From a candidate division WOR-3 bacterium (GTDB lineage Bacteria; Hydrothermota; Tepidihabitantia; Tepidihabitantales; Tepidihabitantaceae): a stretch of 64,000 nt of DNA. The notes under the pieces are model-generated. The model saw nothing but the letters and a program-made list of their open reading frames with translations. It had not been told where the DNA came from and did no database searches. The stretch's first letter is position 1. Each line of letters starts with the position of its first letter. The DNA lies in the NCBI GenBank assembly GCA_965648905.1, contig CBFGIT010000015.1, positions 10,846 to 74,845 on the forward strand. The letters are read 5' to 3'. This document shows, one piece after another, positions 57,229-64,000 of this stretch. Both the position numbers and the translations under genes were made by a program.

Positions 57229-57888
57229 TTACTCCGGGGATGTCATCTTGGTGACCGCCATCACCCGTTCCCGGGCAATCAGCCCTTTCGAAACCAGGAA
57301 GTCAAGCAGCTCACTGGCTGCGGTCTCCATGTCACGCAGGTAGCCGTTCACACGGCCCTGGAACAGGATGTGTACGATCGCCAGCGGGGTCGCAATCAGC
57401 AGTCCCCACTTGGTGGTAATCAGCGCTTCGGCAATGCCGGAGGCAACCACCGTGGCCTCTACCTCACCAACGGCCGCGACCGCCTTGAACGCACCGATCA
57501 TGCCGGTGACTGTACCAAGGAATCCGATGAACGGTGCCACCGTCGTAAGACCGGCAATCAACGCCATGCCCCGGTCCAGAAACGCCAGCTCGGTCGCGCC
57601 GGTCCGGACAATGGCATCTTCCATCTGTGTCTTACCCTGGTCGGCTTTCTCCAGGGCAGCGGCGAGGACGCGTGCGGCCGGGCTCGGGGTGTTCTTGCAC
57701 AGATCGATGCCGGCCTTCACTCCGCCCTTGCCGATCGCCTCAATCAACTCCTGACTGAACCGCTTGACGTTCAACCGAAGACGCAGGGTGAGCGTGAACG
57801 CGCGTTCGAGCGACAACGCCACACCCATGACGGCGCAGGCAAGCAGAAACCACATGATGCCACCGCCGTCTTTGAACTCCTGAATCAC
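57229..57888 (-). CDS. exbB: MotA/TolQ/ExbB proton channel
   Basis: APFIGFLGTVTGMI.AF, GIAEALITT..GL; AGGAGG RBS. Confidence 0.92.
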   Translation of the reverse strand: MIQEFKDGGGIMWFLLACAVMGVALSLERAFTLTLRLRLNVKRFSQELIEAIGKGGVKAGIDLCKNTPSPAARVLAAALEKADQGKTQMEDAIVRTGATELAFLDRGMALIAGLTTVAPFIGFLGTVTGMIGAFKAVAAVGEVEATVVASGIAEALITTKWGLLIATPLAIVHILFQGRVNGYLRDMETAASELLDFLVSKGLIARERVMAVTKMTSPE

Positions 57889-58264
57889 CAAGGCCTCCTT
57901 ATGGTTAGCTCATGATTACAGGACACAGTTTAATGTATTAAAATCGCGGCGCTTGTCAAGCAACAGAGCGACGCGAACTACTGGCACGACGCAAGCATAC
58001 CGAGAAACGCCAGCAAAGCAAGAGCGGCCGATAGTTGCCCGGTCGAGTCTTTCAATGTAGACCATGCCTGCCAGCATATACCAAGGCTACGGTCTTGGTC
58101 TTCCCGCTAACTGGGAAGTAAGTTTGACACCCATCAACGGACAGTTCTTGGGGAATTACTCGGCAGGCGACCAGTGTCCACGCTGTACGGATCGGCTACA
58201 AGAACTCCGACCGGGGCAGTCGGCAATCCGGCGGCTCGGTGATTATCTGTGTCCGTCGCCAGCA

Positions 58265-58301
58265 GGTCAGCACCGGCAGAGGATGCTAGCCGGTGCTGAC
58301 C
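58265..58301. terminator. Hairpin downstream of ferredoxin
   Basis: GGTCAGCACCGGC-11 nt-GCCGGTGCTGACC (13-bp stem). Confidence 0.55.
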
Positions 58302-58363
58302 CCGACTCCTACGCAGCAGGACTGAGAACCGCACCTGCCCGGCAATCAGCCGATCGAGGTAGA

Positions 58364-58552
58364 CTACCCCTCAACCTTGATTGCGCTGGCCGGGCAGTCC
58401 TCAGCCGCCTGCTGGACGCACTCTTCAGTCGCGTCGGTTACTGCCTCGACCTTGACTTGGGCCGTGTCACCGTCCATCTCGAAGACGTCCGGACAGGTGT
58501 TAACGCACAGCTCGCAGCCGGTGCAGAGTTCTTTGTCGACCGCTACTTTCAT
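58364..58552 (-). CDS. Monocluster [4Fe-4S] ferredoxin
   Basis: CTGCELC...CP and CPASAI; GGAGG RBS. Confidence 0.93.
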   Translation of the reverse strand: MKVAVDKELCTGCELCVNTCPDVFEMDGDTAQVKVEAVTDATEECVQQAAEDCPASAIKVEG

Positions 58553-58649
58553 CTATACCTCCGTTTTGAGCCGGCCGGATCTGCCCGACCGGCGGTTATG
58601 GTTCCAAACAAGCCGCATTCTAATACTCGATAAACGGTACATGTCAAGT

Positions 58650-59760
58650 TCATGTTGGCGCAGTGCGCTGGGTCAAGAAGGCGCGGACGAAGTCTTCCAG
58701 CTTCCCGTCCATGACCGCCTCGACATCGTGGGTCTCGAACGCGGTCCGATGGTCCTTGACAAGCTGGTATGGGAAGAAGACGTAGGAACGAATCTGGTGT
58801 CCCCAGGCGATATCGGTCTTCGCCGCCTCGTACTTGGCCCGGGCTTGGTCCTGCTCGCGATGGTAGTAGTCGTACAGCCTAGAACGGAGGACCTTGAACG
58901 CATTCTGCTTGTTCTGAAACTGAGACCGTTCGTTCTGACACGAAACGATGATGCCGGTCGGCACATGGGTGATGCGCACCGCCGAACTGACCTTGTTGAC
59001 GTTCTGACCGCCGTGCCCACCGGCCCGAAAAGTGTCGATCTTGAGGTCGGCGGGATTGACCTCGACTTCGATCTCCTCGACTTCCGGATAGACCGAGACC
59101 GCGGCGAAGCTGGTGTGCCGGCGGCCGTTGGCGTCGAACGGCGACACTCTGACCAGCCGGTGCACGCCAATCTCGGACTTCAGTAGTCCGTAGGCATAGG
59201 TACCGCTGACCTCAAGAGTTACGTCCTTGATGCCGGCTTCTTCGTTCGGCTGGAGGTCGAGCACACGGAACTCCAGCCCCTGCCTTTCCAAGTAGCGCTG
59301 ATACATCCGGTAGAGCATCTCAGCCCAGTCGCACGACTCGGTGCCGCCGGCACCGGGATGAATAGAGAGGATAGCCGCCCGGGCATCCTCGGGCGAGGAG
59401 AACATCGCCCTTTCCTCCAACGCCTCGATGTTCCGACTGACGACCGCGAGCTGGCTCGCAAGCTCGCGCTGCGACGAGTCGTCGTCCTCTGACTCAAACA
59501 GTGCCAGCAGTTCACGGGTGTCCTCTAACTCCCGCTCCAGACGGTCAACCCGGCCAAGCAGGTCATTGAGGACCGCGACGCGGCGCATCACTTCCTGAGC
59601 CCGCCGGATGTCGTTCCAGAAGTCGGGCTTGGTTGTCTGTCCGGTCAGCTCGGTCAGCTCGGCGCGTAGCCGCGGAAGGTCAAAGAAACACCTGCAGTCG
59701 GCCCAGCCGCTCGACCAGAGCTTCAACCTGAGAGGAATCGACCCGCGCGCCAGTTGTCAT
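58650..59760 (-). CDS. prfB: Peptide chain release factor 2 with programmed +1 frameshift
   Basis: ATG 59760 gives [26 protein letters not shown], then CTT-TGA-C at 59685-59679; the +1 frame has the SPF and GGQ motifs. Confidence 0.96.
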
Positions 59761-59990
59761 GTGCTTGACTTCTTCGCTGCGGCCGGAGTTGTCGCCGTCC
59801 CGTACTTGCGTCGATACTTCTCGACTCGGCCCGCGGTGTCGACCAGCTTCTGTTTGCCAGTGAAGAAAGGATGACAGGCCGAGCAGATATCAACGCTCAT
59901 CTTCGGTTTCGTGGAACGTGTCTTGATGACGTTGCCGCAGGCGCAGGTGATGACCGCAGCGTCATACTTGGGATGGATCTTTGGTTTCAT
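59757..59990 (-). CDS. rpmE: 50S ribosomal protein L31 (Zn-binding type)
   Basis: IHPKY...CACG...[17 protein letters not shown]. Confidence 0.98.
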   Translation of the reverse strand: MKPKIHPKYDAAVITCACGNVIKTRSTKPKMSVDICSACHPFFTGKQKLVDTAGRVEKYRRKYGTATTPAAAKKSST

Positions 59991-59996
59991 GATTAC

Positions 59997-61262
59997 CTAG
60001 CTTTCGCTCATCGAACTCAGGAACTCCTTATTGTCGCGAGTCAAACGCATCTTGTCAAGGACAAACTCCATCATTTCGACTGGGTTGAGCTCAGCCAGCA
60101 GTTTGCGCATGACCCAGATGCGATTAAGTTCGAACTCAGACAGAAGCAGCTCCTCTTTGCGGGTGCCGGATCGCTGGAGGTCGATCGCCGGGAACAGCCG
60201 GCGGTCGGCAAGTTTGCGGTCGAGGATCAACTCCATGTTGCCGGTGCCCTTGAACTCCTCGAAGATGACTTCGTCCATGCGCGAGCCGGTCTCAACCAAA
60301 GCGGTCGCGATGATTGTCAAGCTGCCACCTTCCTCGATGTTGCGCGCAGCACCGAAGAACTTCTTTGGCTTCTGCAGAGCATTAGAATCAAGCCCCCCCG
60401 AGAGTGTCCGGCCAGAGTGAGGCACCACAAGGTTGTGGGCGCGGGCAAGCCGGGTGATAGAATCAAGCAAGATGACGACATCGTGCTTGCTCTCAACCAG
60501 CCGTTTCGCCTTCTCGAGCACCATGTCGGCGACCTGGACGTGACGTTCGGGGACCTCGTCGAAGGTAGAGGATATCACCTCGGCCTTGACCGAGCGCTCC
60601 ATGTCCGTCACCTCTTCAGGCCGTTCGTCAATCAGCAGCACGATCAGCGTGATCTCCGGGTGATTGGTGGTAATCGAATTGGCGATCTTCTGCATCAGGA
60701 TGGTCTTGCCGGCACGCGGTGGCGAGACAATCAGTCCGCGTTGACCCTTACCAATCGGCACGAAGAGGTCCTCGACCCTCATCGAGAAGTCGTTCCTCTC
60801 CGGTATCTCCAGTCGAATGCGCTCCTGCGGGTAGAGCGGCGTGAGCGCATCAAACGGAATGCGCCGTCGATCCGCTTCAAGCGGCGTGCCGTTCACCGTG
60901 TCGATCTTCAGCAGCGCAAAGTAGCGCTCGGAATTGCGCGGCGGCCGGGCCCGACCGATGACCGTGTCGCCGGTTCGAAGTCCAAAGCGCTTGACCTGTG
61001 ACGGGGAAACGTAGATGTCATCCGACGAAGGCAGATAACTGTAGTCCGGCGAACGCAGGAATCCGAAACCCTCTTCGAGAATCTCGAGCACGCCCGACAC
61101 CTCTACACCGTCGCCATCGGTGTGGCGTTGACGTGCTTGAGCCTCGAGAATCGACATCACCAACCCCTGCTTCTTCTTGTCGCGGAAGTCCGGAATGCCG
61201 AGTTTCTCGGCCATCTCATATAGGTCGGTTATCTTCATCCTTTTGAGTTCATCCTGAAGCAT
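59997..61262 (-). CDS. rho: Transcription termination factor Rho
   Basis: [45 protein letters not shown]. Confidence 0.99.
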   Translation of the reverse strand: MLQDELKRMKITDLYEMAEKLGIPDFRDKKKQGLVMSILEAQARQRHTDGDGVEVSGVLEILEEGFGFLRSPDYSYLPSSDDIYVSPSQVKRFGLRTGDTVIGRARPPRNSERYFALLKIDTVNGTPLEADRRRIPFDALTPLYPQERIRLEIPERNDFSMRVEDLFVPIGKGQRGLIVSPPRAGKTILMQKIANSITTNHPEITLIVLLIDERPEEVTDMERSVKAEVISSTFDEVPERHVQVADMVLEKAKRLVESKHDVVILLDSITRLARAHNLVVPHSGRTLSGGLDSNALQKPKKFFGAARNIEEGGSLTIIATALVETGSRMDEVIFEEFKGTGNMELILDRKLADRRLFPAIDLQRSGTRKEELLLSEFELNRIWVMRKLLAELNPVEMMEFVLDKMRLTRDNKEFLSSMSES

Positions 61263-61454
61263 CGTCTTCTCCTTGCCCGGGGTTTGTTGCGGGCGGGACT
61301 TACTGACTGACCAGTTCGTCGCTGCTGCTGTACGCCTTGCCGGTTCGCCGCTACCTGCTGTCTGCCTTACTGGGGATCCGTCGCCGGCCTTGCACTTCCT
61401 TGGCCGGCATTCTTAGAAAGCTGGAACCAGCTTCTCTAGAATCTCAGACCGGAC

Positions 61455-61482
61455 AGTATAAGTGCCTAATCGCTCCTGTCAA
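61455..61482 (-). promoter_or_regulatory. Putative sigma70 promoter for rho-rpmE-prfB
   Basis: TTGACA-16 bp-TATACT. Confidence 0.7.
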
Positions 61483-61629
61483 GCACAATCTGCCACCCGG
61501 CGTCGGTCCAATTACAGAAGTCACAGAACTCGCAGTGCTGACCGGACCCGGAATTCGAACCTTCACCTCAGATACCTGCACGAAATCCGTGGCTCAGTCA
61601 CGGGTTGAACATGACAATCCGGTCACGGG

Positions 61630-63243
61630 CTAGTCCAGTTTGGTCAGTCTGGTGCCGGTCAGGCGACAACCGGAAGCATCCTCTAGGGAGCAGAAGTACA
61701 CGCCGGGCGCCAGACACTCGCCGATTCGAAGCTGCGGGCCGGTCTTTTGCTCGTGCACGAGTCGACCACCGGCATCGTACAGGCGGATGAAGCATGAAGG
61801 GTCGCCGAGCGTCATGACGCTGATGGTCGTTGAATGTCGAAACACACTGGGCAGAGCCCTGACGTATACATCAGGAGCGGGTCCCAAACGTGGCGGCTCG
61901 GAAGTAGCGGTGTATATCACCGGCACGAAAACATCATACGGGTACAGGTTCCGACCCGTAACCACGAGACGCATCTCACCGGTGTCAGGTGGATTGATGT
62001 CCAGGAAAACTTCTCCGTCCGGATTGGTGAGTGCGGTGGCGTAGACCGTTGTATCCATTGATGCACATACCAATGCACCGGCAACCGGAGTCCCGGCCTG
62101 AGTCACGATTACGTGCAGAGTCTGAGGGCCGGGTTCGAGTGATGTCGGGTGGGCGACATCCAGCGCCCGGGGCGTGCCGGTCCAAATTGGCAGAGCAGGG
62201 TCGCCAAGTAGGTTGAAGCCACGGTAGTCGCTGGTATAGGTTGGGAACTCGAGGCGAAGCTGCCGCTTGGCACGGAGTGCGGCAATGCCCAGCCGTTCTG
62301 CGTGTTCAAGGAACAGACCGTCTAAGAATCCCCGGCACACCGCACCGCGTTGCCGGGCGACATTGGCTGCCGAATGGGTGTTGCCAAAAAAGGCAACCGC
62401 GCCGCGCATGTTTGAGGATGTACCGGCCTTCATCCAAGCATCCCCGACCATTGATTCTCCGGGTGCAAGTGTCATTGTCTCGCAAGTCATCGAGAGGATT
62501 ATCGGCAGCATCTTGCCGTTATTGGTCTGGGCCGGGTCGACGTTGAATGGCTGATACCAATTGCCGCCGGCAGTGCCGCGGTAAAGGACAAGACCGGTAC
62601 CGGCGGTCACCGACGCGACGACGTGGCTCGCGCTGTGACCGCGGGCATAAGAGAGAGAGTCGCACCGGACGAAGCCGGCCGCACCTGCCTGACTCGCCGC
62701 CCTTCGAACATTGTTCCAGTAGATTGTGTCGTCTGAGTCCCCGCCCTCGCGGACAATCGTAGTTAGACGGCGCATCCACAGGCTGTCAGTAATGTCGGGC
62801 GTTCGTTCATAGGCGAGAGTCTTGGCAACCATCAGGTCGAGCTGTGCCGTAGAGCGGGCCGGAAATCGCCCCACCGGCAACTCGGCTTCAAAGTCGCCGG
62901 TCATGTCCCCGTAGATATTGTCCGAGTAGTACGAACTGCTGCCCTGCACCGTGTAGCGCCGTGCCGGCAGGTTGACCGGTGCGCCGACCAGCAACACATA
63001 CTCGGGCGGCGTCGGCCAAGTGCTGTATGCGTTCTTGATGTAGTTCTTGATGGCGGTCGTATCTGATCCAATTTCAGAAAGCTTCACGACCTTGGTCGTG
63101 AGTCCGGTTGCCTGCTTCCAGACCACCAGCGGCTGGATTGACTGATAGAGGGCATCGGTCGTCACGACCAGATACCGGGCGCCGTCTTCGGCGAATGAAG
63201 CCGCAATAAGAAGCAGCAGCACGAACAGGAGACTTCTTTTCAC
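61630..63243 (-). CDS. C25 (gingipain-like) peptidase family protein with T9SS-like CTD; catalytic His position atypical
   Basis: WKQATG, YVLLVG, SDNIY, VGRF, YRGT, MTCET, NLLGDP; CTD LYDAGGRLV...PGVYF. Confidence 0.85.
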   Translation of the reverse strand: MKRSLLFVLLLLIAASFAEDGARYLVVTTDALYQSIQPLVVWKQATGLTTKVVKLSEIGSDTTAIKNYIKNAYSTWPTPPEYVLLVGAPVNLPARRYTVQGSSSYYSDNIYGDMTGDFEAELPVGRFPARSTAQLDLMVAKTLAYERTPDITDSLWMRRLTTIVREGGDSDDTIYWNNVRRAASQAGAAGFVRCDSLSYARGHSASHVVASVTAGTGLVLYRGTAGGNWYQPFNVDPAQTNNGKMLPIILSMTCETMTLAPGESMVGDAWMKAGTSSNMRGAVAFFGNTHSAANVARQRGAVCRGFLDGLFLEHAERLGIAALRAKRQLRLEFPTYTSDYRGFNLLGDPALPIWTGTPRALDVAHPTSLEPGPQTLHVIVTQAGTPVAGALVCASMDTTVYATALTNPDGEVFLDINPPDTGEMRLVVTGRNLYPYDVFVPVIYTATSEPPRLGPAPDVYVRALPSVFRHSTTISVMTLGDPSCFIRLYDAGGRLVHEQKTGPQLRIGECLAPGVYFCSLEDASGCRLTGTRLTKLD

Positions 63244-63342
63244 GTGAACTACCTCCGATATGGAAACAACGCAAACAAGTCAGCGCCCGGCCGGGGCGGA
63301 CGCTGCCTCTGTATTTCGGTGCGAACCAGCACCACTGACTAC

Positions 63343-63370
63343 ATTATACCTGTCTGATGTAACCGGTCAA
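63343..63370 (-). promoter_or_regulatory. Putative sigma70 promoter
   Basis: TTGACC-16 bp-TATAAT. Confidence 0.7.
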
Positions 63371-63699
63371 GCTGAATCAAGGCCCCGCCCCTAGTTCCGA
63401 TATTGCGGTGTGAACTGGAGTCAAGAAGAGAGGCTGCCTTGCTTCAGTCGCCGGCGTCTTAATGAGCACGCAAATACTTCACCCGTCAGGTGACATGAAA
63501 GGCACCCAGGTATTTAGGCGCAGTGTAACCCAGGAACGGCTCGATTTCCAGATTGCGCCAACCTCCGATACTATCACCAGTCGGGCCTGCCCGCGCCCAG
63601 GCAGGCGGGCAGGTCTGGCCCTGTCTTCAGAAAGCCGCGCTGGCACCGGGTGTCCGCAGGAGCCCATCTTGGCAATCGATTCTCACTCTGCCTTCGGCC

Positions 63700-63790
63700 T
63701 TTGTCCGCACTCCTGCCTACTTTCGTCTTTTCTGCACCTCTGCCATTCTGCACTCTGCAATCTGTATTCTGCCTTCTGCATTCTACCTTC
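63700..63790. repeat. 7-bp-periodic pyrimidine-rich tract (TTCTGCN), inverted copy of 14516-14553
   Basis: gccattctgcactctgcaatctgtattctgccttctgc (63742-63779). Confidence 0.8.
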
Positions 63791-63828
63791 GTCCTACCAT
63801 ATGACCATCCCCCGGCTGGTAAGGGGGA

Positions 63829-64000
63829 CGGTTCCCCTTTCGGAACCCCCTGCCCCGACCCCGGCCGAAACCCATTGGGCAGCCCCAGGCGAAGCGGTTA
63901 CGCCTTCCTCTGCCCCAGTCCTTTCGGCAACCCCTGTGCCTGCCGCCGCCCCGGGGGGTTCGGCGGCCCGCGCCCAGGCCCGATGCGTTCGCGGGTCCCA
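63829..64000. repeat. Degenerate 12-bp-period array, truncated by the window end
   Basis: cggttccccttt cggaaccccctg ccccgaccccgg ccgaaacccatt gggcagccccag gcgaagcggtta cgccttcctctg ccccagtccttt cggcaacccctg ... ; CC at columns 7-8 in 10 of 13 units. Confidence 0.68.

Noticed and set aside
58064..59186. Long + strand ORFs opposite ferredoxin and prfB, and similar antisense ORFs throughout the window
   Set aside because: Shadow ORFs of GC-rich coding strands, with no motifs.
63244..63342. Riboswitch in the C25 leader
   Set aside because: Small hairpins are present but no recognisable aptamer consensus.

Overview
GC-rich bacterial chromosomal window; the gene content (many signal-peptide proteins with T9SS/FlgD-like C-terminal sorting domains, C25 and M6 peptidases, PorV) suggests an FCB-related diderm such as candidate division WOR-3 (inference). 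It contains: secreted enzymes (1-13.8 kb); a translationally coupled grpE-dnaK-dnaJ-rsmE-rpsU-mutS2-dnaG-rpoD-phosphoesterase-rsmI-CDP-alcohol transferase-hflX superoperon; tRNA-Pro(GGG); a pseudokinase/PEGA/beta-propeller operon; an HDAC + polysaccharide cluster; a TonB/ExbBD-TBDR-PorV locus; and rho-rpmE-prfB(frameshifted)-ferredoxin. The standout is a solitary 121-aa gene (42036-42401, minus) that aligns by eye, end to end, with the major capsid protein of archaeal filamentous viruses (SIRV2 fold, Adnaviria). It sits next to a degenerate non-coding array with 12-bp periodicity, the same length as the DNA footprint of a SIRV2 MCP dimer. Related 12-bp-periodic arrays recur at ~14.05-14.33 kb and 63.83-64.0 kb (possibly ~58.1 kb); each of the three clear arrays lies near 7-bp-periodic tracts. 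This suggests an undescribed host-encoded DNA-coating or filament system. All homology calls are by eye; no searches were run.
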